From the NCBI GenBank assembly GCA_008369845.1, contig MRSU01003048.1, forward strand, positions 1 through 33,017: 33,017 nt of DNA, given 5' to 3'. This document shows positions 1 to 10,092 of the stretch, piece by piece. This DNA is from Trichomonas gallinae (Eukaryota). Each line of letters starts with the position of its first letter. Position 1 is the first letter of the stretch. Under the pieces are notes generated by a model. That model worked only from the letters and a program-made list of their open reading frames with translations. It searched no databases and was not told the origin of the DNA. The translations under genes were made by a program, and so were the position numbers.

Positions 1-376
1 AAACTGAAACTTACATATATTAATCAGATGGACATAAAAATGATACTTTATAACTTTGAGATCTCAAATCCTATCACAAAACCAGAAAGCGAGTTGAAAC
101 ACTTCTTTCAATATCCTTTGAGAAACAAACGATTTATACGATTATAATTTTACAAAATATCATAGAAATAGTTTATTAACTAATTATAGCCAAAAATCTT
201 CAATATCGCAATTATAAATTTAATTCGATCTTGTTTAAATATTAATCTTAAAGTTTTAGCCAATTTGGTTCAATGAAATCAATATAATATAGCTAGGCTA
301 TACATATATACCATGAAATGATGTTTTCGAAAACTGTTGAAGAATAAAAAAATATAATTTCAAATAATAGAACTTT

Positions 377-1561
377 TTATGGCATTTCTCTGCAATAGTT
401 AATAAGTGGATCTATCATGTGTCTGAAGCTGTCGAGTTTAACAAGTTCCTGGTTATCCATCAAAAGGAGCTTAACAGGCTGTCCGTTGAAAACAAATCTG
501 ATGTAAAGCTCACCTGTAGCTTCCTCTGAGTAGACTTCTAAAGCGACATGAGAGGCAAGCGGTGGAATAAACTCATGAGAATATCCAAGTGTTGACAAAA
601 GAGCAGCAACGGTTGAGTCATGAGCAGAAAGGAGAACAAACTTGTGTGTGGACTCTCCATTGAGGTATGAATCCATGTGAGAAAGGACTTCTCTCATACC
701 ATAAGAAAATGCAACGCCACGAGTTGCGTTGTCGCTTCCGTAGAGTCCGTAAAGCATTGTGCCCTGGAATCTGCGGCATGTGGTGATCATATCTGATGTG
801 ATCTCCGAAGGCATATATTGTTCATTGCAAAACATTGTTGTAACCCAATCGCAAACCTTATCTATCTTTGAGAATGATGTATCTGTCACGTTGAGATAAT
901 CAATAACTGGCTTAATTTCGCCTAGTGTCTTCATATAAATATTAATGAAATCTTGAGAATTGAAATATTTAGCAGCTAAGTCCTTGAAATCCTGGCAGAA
1001 GTCCTTCTTTGGTCTAAGGGAGTCGAGAGAAGGGGAGCCCATTGTGATTTCAGCAACTTCATTCGGATCTGCTGGCTCGTAGAGACCTGAGAGGAATGAG
1101 ATTGCGCTGCGGAATGTGCGGTCATATGCTGTGCAGCGGGCGTAAATAACTGTTGGATCGTAGTATTCTGGAATGAAATGCAATTTTTCGTAATAATATT
1201 CACGTAATTTTTGTCCTAAAAGTCTGTGTTGGTTCATACCATCGATGATTAAGTCACCGAGCTTGCAATTCGGTGGATACTCTGCGAATCTGTGATCCAA
1301 AATCGATTTAATGCGGCGAGGTCTAACAAGCGGATTTGATTCGACATGTGTAGCTTGTGCATCCTCAGCATCACAGCGCCATGCTCCACGCTTCTCTCTC
1401 TCGAGGAATGGGTCAAGTGGAGATCTTGCACCGTGACGAGTGAGAATGGAGACATACTTAAGCTTGAATGTCTTTCCTGGAACATCGAGAATGTTGTACT
1501 CACGCGGAGCAACGCATTCGTCAATCGTCGAGGAAACAAAAGAAGAAAGAATCAGAAACAT
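377..1561 (-). CDS. Histidine acid phosphatase (branch 2), probably secreted or lysosomal
   Basis: Catalytic RHGARSP motif near the N-terminus and LLSAHDST (HD) motif near the C-terminus; short hydrophobic leader MFLILSSFVSS. First ATG is at 1561 (the ORF-track start at 1573 is TTG). Confidence 0.93.
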   Translation of the reverse strand: MFLILSSFVSSTIDECVAPREYNILDVPGKTFKLKYVSILTRHGARSPLDPFLEREKRGAWRCDAEDAQATHVESNPLVRPRRIKSILDHRFAEYPPNCKLGDLIIDGMNQHRLLGQKLREYYYEKLHFIPEYYDPTVIYARCTAYDRTFRSAISFLSGLYEPADPNEVAEITMGSPSLDSLRPKKDFCQDFKDLAAKYFNSQDFINIYMKTLGEIKPVIDYLNVTDTSFSKIDKVCDWVTTMFCNEQYMPSEITSDMITTCRRFQGTMLYGLYGSDNATRGVAFSYGMREVLSHMDSYLNGESTHKFVLLSAHDSTVAALLSTLGYSHEFIPPLASHVALEVYSEEATGELYIRFVFNGQPVKLLLMDNQELVKLDSFRHMIDPLINYCREMP

Positions 1562-1713
1562 TAAACTTGTCAAGTAAAATTATTTACATGTCAAAACACA
1601 TCAAAATGATTTCATATCCTAGAAATTATTAATATTTTATTATATGTTCATTTTTACTCTAAACTCGTATGTTATCTGATAAATTTTTAATAATTCAAAT
1701 TTGATATGCTTTT

Positions 1714-2803
1714 TTAAACAGTTTTTAAGAAAGGTATGCCTGCAATAGCAATATTTGCATATTTATGTACATTTTTGTACTTGATGACGGATAAAACGCG
1801 AACTTCGCAGTTTGATTCTCCATGGCAAATCGCAGTATTTAAAAATGATAGTTCATTTGTGAAGAAAACTTTGATTTCATTATTTATGTTTTTTACGGAG
1901 TCGGCACTAGGATTATATGTTTTTTTGTTCATGAAGTATATGTAAGAATCACTGGTATCATCGTAAGAAATTCCAATAAAACAATGATCTATCGAAATAA
2001 ATTGAGGTGCTATTGTTGCATAAAAAATGTATGATGCACCATTTTGATATATAGAACAATCACGAATTGATAAATTGGGGTCTTCTAAATTGATTATACG
2101 TAAGTTAATTCCTATATTTTTTAGAAAATTGCATTTTAATATGTATACAGTTTTATCGCTAAAGATATGACTACCTCCATAAACTTGCCCTGTGTTATTT
2201 ATGAAGGAACAAAAATAAACATTACAGTCTTCATGAAATTTGTTAAGTTCGTATAAACATCCATGACTGAGCTTAGAATTAGTGATGTTGCATTTCTCAA
2301 TAGTTTGATTTCCAAATATAAAATTCAAATTAAACATCGAACTAAATGAAGAATTTAAACTCTCTGTGATGACAGAATCGATAATTTTATTCTTCTTTTC
2401 CGCATATTTTGAAACAGCAACAAAACAATAAACACCAGATCTGAAAGTATTCCCAGTTGTTGGAATACATGAACGATAACTGCATATTCTGTTTTGTACA
2501 CATTGTCCTTCACCCAAATAAGATATTGCACCTGCACCATCTAAACCATCATTTGAGACTGAATCAAAGATGCAATCTTCAAAAAGAGTACACGAACTTG
2601 ATAATGTTGGCTCTAGTTTAGCAGCCCTATTCTTTAATTCAACAAAAGAACATAATACAATATAATATGAATCTGTTTTTTCTATTAGATCATTTTTTTG
2701 ACCAGAAGCAAACGATACACCTTCTACTGGGTCATAAAAATCATTCCACGACCGATCTAAGAAATAAATTCAATCTAAGAAGACAACATCATTACGACAA
2801 CAT
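1714..2803 (-). pseudogene. Cys/Asn-rich hypothetical protein (beta-helix-like), 5' end apparently disrupted
   Basis: The frame of the 267-aa ORF stays open upstream to about 2769 (…SWNDFYDPVEGV…CIFDSVSNDGLDGAGAISYLGEGQCVQNRIC) with no ATG in that stretch. The only Inr-associated ATG (TCATTTATTATG, 2803) reads ATG TTG TCG TAA in another frame. Confidence 0.55.
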
Positions 2804-2994
2804 AATAAATGAATTAAACACGATATAAATACAAATTCATTTATTTAAATTTATCCATCGCGACAAATTTTATTTCAAGACATTTTATTTGAACGTCAAG
2901 TGTTTTTTTGAATATAAAATAATTTAATTATCAAATAATGGAGTCTAATTATATGAAAAACGAGTTATTTGATAAACAAAAATTTTATAACAAT

Positions 2995-5900
2995 CTAATT
3001 TGTACTAACAATTGCCCAATTCTTTTCACGGACGTCATTCTTTGGGACAGTGAGTGGCGTTGATATGTTCCCTGACAGTCTCTCTACTCTCCTTATGAAG
3101 ACAGAAAGCGCAATCAAAGGAGTCCAATCGCTACCATTATATTTTCTCTTGGCCTTGTTTAAGCAGCCATGTATAAGCAGTGATTTCTGTGTGCGCAAGC
3201 TCGATAACTTGTTTATTGTCTGTCGATCAGTCGAAGATGCAATTAAAGCTTCTTCTAGGGATCTCCTGACTTCACCAACAGATTTGGTTGTTGCTGGGCT
3301 GTCATTTACAACAAAGAAAAGCTTCCTAGCCCAACTTTCCCAATCTTTAAGTCTTTTATCGGAATCTTTCAAAACCCTTGCAGTTATAACAGCTGTGTGG
3401 CTCTCACTGTTGAGCTGTGACAATGTCTGGTTCTGAGCTTCAACTTCTTTGGCGCGATTAATTATTTCGCTTACGGCTTCTTTAGCTGATTTATCAGACG
3501 ATAGATTCAACAGAGTCCTCAATTCAGAAATTTCTGTAATAGCAGATGAAAATTGTCCGCTCATCTTTCTATAATTTTCAACTTCTTTAGCTGCGGCGTT
3601 CAAAATCACGTTATCGTCCATACCTTCCATGCCCATTGTCGATGCGAATGGTTTGGCTGCGTTTTCTAACAATTTAATTTTTTCAATCTCATGCAAAGAT
3701 TTTATCTTCTCCATTTCCGATTTGTGCTTGTCTTCTACTGCCAATATCTGCGCCTGGAGCTTGGAATTGTTGAGCGACGTCTCCCGCTTGATTCTTTCTA
3801 TGTCATCCTTGTGTTTAACTTCATTTAGCTTCGCGGAAAGTTCGAAATTCGTAATTTGATTTTGCGCATTCGAAAGTTTCGCTTGGAGCTCTTTTACTTG
3901 AGATTTGAGCGACAGTTCGCTTTGTATAGTCTGGGAGAGCTTGTCGTTCAATTCTTCAACGATTGGCTCGTAGCGGCGCCTAATTGATTCTGATTCTGTG
4001 TCGTGCTGTGCTAAATCGGCCTTGAGAGCTTTGATTTGCTTCTCATATGAATGTGTGATATCATTTAATTCGTCATCGTTGGCCTTTTGCGTTTGTATTA
4101 ACAAATTATTAATTTCATTTATTTGATTTTCGTATTCTGAGTTGAGTTTGCTGATCTGCTGTTCGTAATCTTCCTTTGTCTTTTCAAGGATTTCATTTGC
4201 ATTGCTTAATTCTTCGTCTGTGTCTTTAGATAGTTTTTCAAGTCTCGAATTCAAGTCAAAAATGGTGTCTTCAAGGTCTGAAATAGCTTCCTGCTTCTTA
4301 TCATTATCCTCCTTAGTCAGAGAAAGTTCTGTTGAACATTTCTTGAGCGCAATCATCAATTTCTTGATTTTCCTGTCAGATCTTGCTTGATAGGCTGCAA
4401 TTTGTTGATTAACAAGTTCTTCAACTAATTTACTGTTTGCATGAGTTGATTCAATATAATCAGCTTCATTCAAATTATTTTCATCGAAATCTTGGCCATT
4501 GCGTAGCATCAATAATGCATTTGGAAGAGTTGCACCGGAATCCAAGCATTTATCAATCATATTATTCATTCTTTCTAGTTTTGATGTTAATTCTTGATTT
4601 TCTTGTTGAGATTTTTGATAATATGACTGAGAATCATTTAGAAGTTGTTCATTTGTTGATGAATCGACACTCAATTTTGAAACTTGTCGCTTCATTTTCT
4701 GTAATTCGTCGGCCAAAATCTGGCATTGCTCTTTCATGCATTCTGAGTATTTCCTGAGGATCATATTCGATGTGCAAGCTGCTTCGACAGCACTTGAGAT
4801 GTTTTTGTCGTCAACATTTTCGAGATAATCCAAAAGTGCTCCCTGAAGGTTTACAGGATCAAGGGAATTGAACAAAGAATTGTATATTGGCGTGTCTTCG
4901 ATCAATGACTTTGCATTGTCCATAATGTATTTATCGATGATTTTTGAATCTTGAATTAACGTTGCTTTGATGTTAGACTGTATTTGATGGCCAATTATGC
5001 ATTCCTGGACATTGTTGCTTTCAAGGAATGACCTCACGAATCTGTTAATCGATTTTAAGTAGAATAAGAGTTCTGAATTTGGAACCTGATGATAATTGTC
5101 TGTATTCTGCGGTAATTCTGGCTTAATCTGATCGATAGCTATTCTAAACGCTTTGTTAAGCTTGTCAAATGCTTTTCCTTGCGAATTAAAAATTTCGTTT
5201 ATTTGCTTAATTTCAGTATTTTGTAAATTCGATATCGAGACTTGATTAACAAGTTCAGATATAATCATGTCTTGACTGTTAATTTGCTTTTTGCTGAATT
5301 TTTCGATATTTTGCAAAATTTGATCTTTTGCTTGAATTTCATGTTGAAGCTCATTTCGCAGCTGTTCTGACCTTTCTAAGCGGTCTGTAAGTGTATCAAC
5401 CATCGCAATTTGCTTGTAAAGAAGATTTACAATTTTATCTCGAATTTCGCATTCTTTTTGAAGATCATTTGATGATAAAGACACTTGTTCGATAATCTGT
5501 GGCATCAGCAGCTTTAATTGGTTTTCTACGTAACTTGGCTGAATATTCGAATTTATTTGAGATTTATCAGTAGTAATCGAATTTAATTTATGTCGAAGTT
5601 CTTGGTTCTGTGCAATTAGTTCATCTCGTGATGACTGTGAGTCCCTAAGTGCAGCAGAAGCCACAGAATAAGCATTATTTAGATTTCTAATTTTTTCGCG
5701 TTGTTTCTTGATTTTATTGCTCGAATCGGCGGTGAGCTTCTGTAATTCTTCGATTTGGGCCTGGGAAGCGAGAGAAACGTTTTTAGGATTATTAAGATTT
5801 TTACGCGATTCTGACTTCAAAAACTCATACTTCGACTTCAGGGAGTTGTATTGGTGGCCGAAATGTTCGTTTTCTTGCTGCAATTTTTGATTTTCTTGAC

Positions 5901-6303
5901 GAAGCCTTAATATTTCCTTTTTCAACTCAACGATTTGCGAGTCTGAGCTGCTGTAAGACACTCCTGAAGAAATGGTTCTTGTTGCTGTCGGTGAATAATA
6001 ATTATTCGAATTATCGTTAATTGAGTTAAATGACGAATTGAGACCACAAGAAGACGAGCTGAGGAGATTTCCGATGCTTGTAGAGAGAGTTTCTAGCGTT
6101 GTTTCCGGACTTAACGAATATGTTTCAATAAGCGAAGAAAGAATCGAGTCTTCTTTGGAAATATACTCACCAAGAGTCGTTTCTAAGTCCACCGCCTTCT
6201 TCTCGAGCTCTTTGTTCCTCTTCTGAAGGCGAAGAAGCTCTTTCTCCATTTCGCGGTTTTTTTGTTGCAGTTTATAAATTTTCATTTCCCCGCCAAAAAT
6301 CAT
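2995..6303 (-). CDS. Large coiled-coil protein (about 1100 aa)
   Basis: Long intact ORF rich in E/Q/K/L/N/S heptads; no catalytic motif seen. First ATG is at 6303. Confidence 0.85.
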   Translation of the reverse strand: MIFGGEMKIYKLQQKNREMEKELLRLQKRNKELEKKAVDLETTLGEYISKEDSILSSLIETYSLSPETTLETLSTSIGNLLSSSSCGLNSSFNSINDNSNNYYSPTATRTISSGVSYSSSDSQIVELKKEILRLRQENQKLQQENEHFGHQYNSLKSKYEFLKSESRKNLNNPKNVSLASQAQIEELQKLTADSSNKIKKQREKIRNLNNAYSVASAALRDSQSSRDELIAQNQELRHKLNSITTDKSQINSNIQPSYVENQLKLLMPQIIEQVSLSSNDLQKECEIRDKIVNLLYKQIAMVDTLTDRLERSEQLRNELQHEIQAKDQILQNIEKFSKKQINSQDMIISELVNQVSISNLQNTEIKQINEIFNSQGKAFDKLNKAFRIAIDQIKPELPQNTDNYHQVPNSELLFYLKSINRFVRSFLESNNVQECIIGHQIQSNIKATLIQDSKIIDKYIMDNAKSLIEDTPIYNSLFNSLDPVNLQGALLDYLENVDDKNISSAVEAACTSNMILRKYSECMKEQCQILADELQKMKRQVSKLSVDSSTNEQLLNDSQSYYQKSQQENQELTSKLERMNNMIDKCLDSGATLPNALLMLRNGQDFDENNLNEADYIESTHANSKLVEELVNQQIAAYQARSDRKIKKLMIALKKCSTELSLTKEDNDKKQEAISDLEDTIFDLNSRLEKLSKDTDEELSNANEILEKTKEDYEQQISKLNSEYENQINEINNLLIQTQKANDDELNDITHSYEKQIKALKADLAQHDTESESIRRRYEPIVEELNDKLSQTIQSELSLKSQVKELQAKLSNAQNQITNFELSAKLNEVKHKDDIERIKRETSLNNSKLQAQILAVEDKHKSEMEKIKSLHEIEKIKLLENAAKPFASTMGMEGMDDNVILNAAAKEVENYRKMSGQFSSAITEISELRTLLNLSSDKSAKEAVSEIINRAKEVEAQNQTLSQLNSESHTAVITARVLKDSDKRLKDWESWARKLFFVVNDSPATTKSVGEVRRSLEEALIASSTDRQTINKLSSLRTQKSLLIHGCLNKAKRKYNGSDWTPLIALSVFIRRVERLSGNISTPLTVPKNDVREKNWAIVSTN

Positions 6304-6392
6304 CAAACTTCATATTTTGGTTTTTATCATTCTATTGCACATATTTTTTTAAATTTTGGAACTGTTTCGATTTTTGACAATGTAAAGTTCAT

Positions 6393-6437
6393 ATATGACA
6401 AAAAATTAAATATGTCAAAAAATTAAATATGTCAAAA
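6393..6437. repeat. 17-bp tandem repeat (ATATGWCAAAAAATTAA x about 2.6) upstream of the coiled-coil gene
   Basis: Units at 6393, 6410 and 6427 (partial), read directly from the sequence. Confidence 0.75.
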
Positions 6438-6913
6438 TCATCAAAATTCATTTTTAATCATTTATCACTATTTTAATTACCGATTATGGAGCAATTTCAT
6501 TTTTGACATCAATTTTTATTTATGTGACAAAAATTTTATAATATCATCTTTTGATTAATTTTATCAATATTTAAGATGTTTCACATAAGACATATTAAAG
6601 AAAACTACTACCAAATACATCTGAGATATCTTTCAGGCTGTTTCGCTCATGATTATGCATAATGTTTTATTATTAATAAAAAATTAGTTCATATTGTATA
6701 TTACTCTTCCATATCGGCAAAAAGAACAATATACAATGATGAATGAGCTTTCTATAAAATTCATTGATATTTCAAAAATAATATATTCAGTTTGTGGTTT
6801 AGAGATTGAGTCATATAGTCTAGCTGATGAAAAAATAGACTGATAAGTACTATATTTGAATATGGTTATAAACAATTTGCATCTATTTACGTTGAAAAGT
6901 AACAAGATTATAT

Positions 6914-7366
6914 TTAATAGTTTGAAGCTCTAGCGCGACCAGTATTTGATGCTGACTGTGGAGCAAGTTTTCTTGGATGCTTTGGTCCATCATCATACAA
7001 CGAGCTTCTAACCTCTGACTGCCTTACGTTTTTAGCTCCCTTAGGAACATATGATTGCTGTACATCCTTCTTAGGTGCTTTTGGCTTTCTAAGTTGATCC
7101 AACTCTGCTTTTAATTCTTTAATCCTATCCAACATCTCCATTTGGATTTGTGTTGAGTTCTCGATAAGATCATTCAACTGAGCTCTCATAGAGTCAATAG
7201 TTTGAACAAAGTTCTTTCTCATTTCTTGAATATTTTTTCTTTGGCGTGCAATAATTCTATCTTTTTCGTCACCATTTGCTGGGTCGATTTCTTCCTCTTC
7301 TTCATAGCCTTCTTGCACCTCTTCCTCCTCTTCCTGATATTGCTGCACCCTTCTTCCTGATTTCAT
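6914..7366 (-). CDS. Small acidic-N-terminus coiled-coil protein (150 aa)
   Basis: ATG-initiated ORF with poly-Glu N-terminus, central heptad region and basic low-complexity tail. Confidence 0.8.
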   Translation of the reverse strand: MKSGRRVQQYQEEEEEVQEGYEEEEEIDPANGDEKDRIIARQRKNIQEMRKNFVQTIDSMRAQLNDLIENSTQIQMEMLDRIKELKAELDQLRKPKAPKKDVQQSYVPKGAKNVRQSEVRSSLYDDGPKHPRKLAPQSASNTGRARASNY

Positions 7367-7802
7367 TTCTGTAATTTTTAAACGTCTGTTTTAACGATAA
7401 AAATTTTATCAAATTACAACTATTTCTAATGATATGTAACTAAACAATATTAGAAATTCTTCAAAAGTGGAAATAATTTGACATGTATATTTTTACGTGA
7501 CAAAAATTATATTATCTCATCTTGCAGAATGCGGATTCTATATGATAAAGAGAAGATACTAAGGAAATCATGTGATTTTCAACTTTATATATAAAAGAAT
7601 TCGTGTAGTTGATGAAAGCTTTGTAATTTGATTCTCATATTTGAAATAACTCTATAGAAATAAAAATATGGTTTTATAATATACTTTCATATTTTTTATC
7701 TTTGTTTTAAAGTGCGTCTTCCTATGAAATCCCTATAAAGCAGTCAATTGGCACATCCCGAAATAGAATGAATTAAAAATACAAAATTTATTTAAAAAAA
7801 CA

Positions 7803-9623
7803 TTATATTCTTTCAGCAACTCTCTTTCCGTACTTGGCGAAAAGTTCCTGGATTTCCGTATCATCTGTTAATTCCTTTGCAAGTTTTCCATCTTTGTCTG
7901 TAAGATCAGCGTTGATGTAATCCAACTCCAAAAAGACGTCGACCATCTCGACGTCGCCGATTTCGCAGGCAATGTGGAGTGGAGTCATTCCGTAGTTATC
8001 CTGTGCGTTAACAATCTCTTTGTTTGCCCATGATAATTCTTCGACGATCTCGATGTGTCCAGCATCTACTGCGTGATGCAAACATGTCATACCATCTTTG
8101 TCACGCGCTAAAACATCGACGAAATCCATAGCAAGGAATGCTTGTATTATATCAAGATGGCCGCACTTGGATGCGATCATTATTGGAGTCATGCTTTGGA
8201 AGTTTTGCGTGTTGAATGTGTCGCTTGCGTTTTTCGCAATAAATCTCACCATGTTGATGTCTCCGTTTTCGCAGGCGATGTGTATTGGCAATTCTTTAGA
8301 CATTGATGTCTGCAGTCTCAAACAGTCAGCTCCACATCTCTCGAAAATGAGTTTTGCTGCGTTGACATTTTTCGTGTCGCAGCATAAATGAATTGCGCTT
8401 TTTCCTCCTTCGTTGAGTTTCGTCGAGTCAACTTCTTTGAATGTGAGCAACAGCCTTAAAATATCCAGCCTGTTGTCCATGACTGCTTCCATAAGCGTAG
8501 TAAATCCGCCGCTCGCGATGTGATTAATGCTGATTCCATATGATAAGAGGGCATTGAAAATACTCAAATTATTCAACTGTATGCATATGTGTAAAGCGTT
8601 GTTGAGGTTATTTTCTGTGAAAATAGATGACTGATAGAAAACATTAAATTCTTGATCGAGATGATATTTGATGAGAACAGAAAGAGTTGGCTTGAGCGCT
8701 CTAGAATGCTTCATTACTGAGTCTATAATCTTCCTGCAGCCACCAATCAAAGCGAAATCTAGTAAATTTAGATTTTCTTTGTCGACTGCTCTTGAATCAG
8801 CGCCTTTATGCATTAAATGTCTGAAGCAACGAACGGATCCGTAATAAGCAGCATATTGCACGAGTGTTGGTTCGTGATTCATGATTGGAGGCTCGATTAA
8901 ATCCGGAAGCATTATTTGATTAACATTAAATGACTTGTCAGAACATAACTGGCGAAGATGATCAATGTCATCATATCTAAGATCGTATTTAAGTGTACCT
9001 TTCTCGCATCCATCCCTGAATAACGTTTCTAATCTCTCCCATCTGTTTTCGCGAATCTCATCCCAGTCACCGTAAAAGACGCGTTGTGTCCTGGTGAACT
9101 TGCGGATGCCTTCTATTTTGGTGAGAAGCTCAAAGAATTTTGTAAGATTGTATTGATTAATTGCTGGTGCGAAATAGACGAAAAAGTCGAATATTGAGTT
9201 AGTGGATGTCGATTGGGGCCATAATTCAATCTGTTTGACAATTTCTTCTATTGAAAATGCGTGTTTTTTGTAACATGTCTGAATAAATCTGAAATTTGGG
9301 TAGTCTGGTGAATAACTTCTGAATTCACTCCAGAATTTAGGCTTGAAAAACGATAATATAGGCTTTACACGAATGCTATTAATTATATTGTAAACTAAAC
9401 GAGCATATAGTTCTTCATTTACGAATTTAGTGGATGCTGCGTAAACTATCTCTGTTGCGACTGTTTCTACAAGATCTGGCGACTTTGTGAATTGATCAAG
9501 AATAAAATTTTTGAGTTCATCGTAGTTATTTTCGCTAATATGAACAAGGTTGTACTGGAGATCGAAAAATTTCTGGAATGCAGCTGCCTGCTTCGGAAGA
9601 AGAGCTGCTTCTTGCTTCAGCAT
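7803..9623 (-). CDS. Ankyrin-repeat protein with a trichomonad-type helical N-terminal region
   Basis: Multiple ankyrin repeats (GFTTLMEAV, ELPIHIACENG, MTPIMIASKCG, GMTCLHHAVDAG, GMTPLHIACEIG) and a TLVQYAAYYGSVRCFRHL motif like that of DUF3447-type Trichomonas ankyrins. Confidence 0.92.
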   Translation of the reverse strand: MLKQEAALLPKQAAAFQKFFDLQYNLVHISENNYDELKNFILDQFTKSPDLVETVATEIVYAASTKFVNEELYARLVYNIINSIRVKPILSFFKPKFWSEFRSYSPDYPNFRFIQTCYKKHAFSIEEIVKQIELWPQSTSTNSIFDFFVYFAPAINQYNLTKFFELLTKIEGIRKFTRTQRVFYGDWDEIRENRWERLETLFRDGCEKGTLKYDLRYDDIDHLRQLCSDKSFNVNQIMLPDLIEPPIMNHEPTLVQYAAYYGSVRCFRHLMHKGADSRAVDKENLNLLDFALIGGCRKIIDSVMKHSRALKPTLSVLIKYHLDQEFNVFYQSSIFTENNLNNALHICIQLNNLSIFNALLSYGISINHIASGGFTTLMEAVMDNRLDILRLLLTFKEVDSTKLNEGGKSAIHLCCDTKNVNAAKLIFERCGADCLRLQTSMSKELPIHIACENGDINMVRFIAKNASDTFNTQNFQSMTPIMIASKCGHLDIIQAFLAMDFVDVLARDKDGMTCLHHAVDAGHIEIVEELSWANKEIVNAQDNYGMTPLHIACEIGDVEMVDVFLELDYINADLTDKDGKLAKELTDDTEIQELFAKYGKRVAERI

Positions 9624-9698
9624 TATTTTTGAGTTTTTTTAACGGCATTTTTACAGGGCGTTAAATTATTATTCAGGGGATAACGCAAATTTTAATAA

Positions 9699-9736
9699 AA
9701 AGGGGCAGAAAAATTAATTTAGGGTACTGCCCCTTT
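9699..9736. repeat. Perfect 10-bp inverted repeat (AAAGGGGCAG-N18-CTGCCCCTTT) in a divergent intergenic region
   Basis: Arms at 9699-9708 and 9727-9736 are exact reverse complements and GC-rich relative to the background. Confidence 0.7.
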
Positions 9737-9912
9737 CTTTCTAAAATCCTATGAGAGTTTTTATAATTATATCAGAAATTATCTACAAGAGTCACATAAG
9801 TAATAGGATTGAAACATTTAAGCATGTATATAATACTTTGAAATCTATTTATAAAGGTGGCATAGAAGTCACAAGAGCAAGCTTCAATGTTTTCTAATTC
9901 TGACACCCAAAA

Positions 9913-10063
9913 ATTTACGTGCCATATTGTCACTTTTCAAAATTTTTAAAATCTGACATTGTAACGATTCGTATTTGATAGGAAATATTTACGTGACATT
10001 TTGTTATTTTTCAAATTTTTTAAAAATCTGACATTGTAAAATTTCATATTTGACATGAAAATT
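9913..10063 (+). repeat. About 75-bp degenerate tandem duplication directly upstream of the Ariadne gene
   Basis: ATTTACGTG at 9913 and 9987; CTGACATTGTAA at 9953 and 10028; TATTTGA in both copies. Confidence 0.85.
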
Positions 10064-10092
10064 TTTGGCATATTTTTGTTAAAAGTGTCAAA

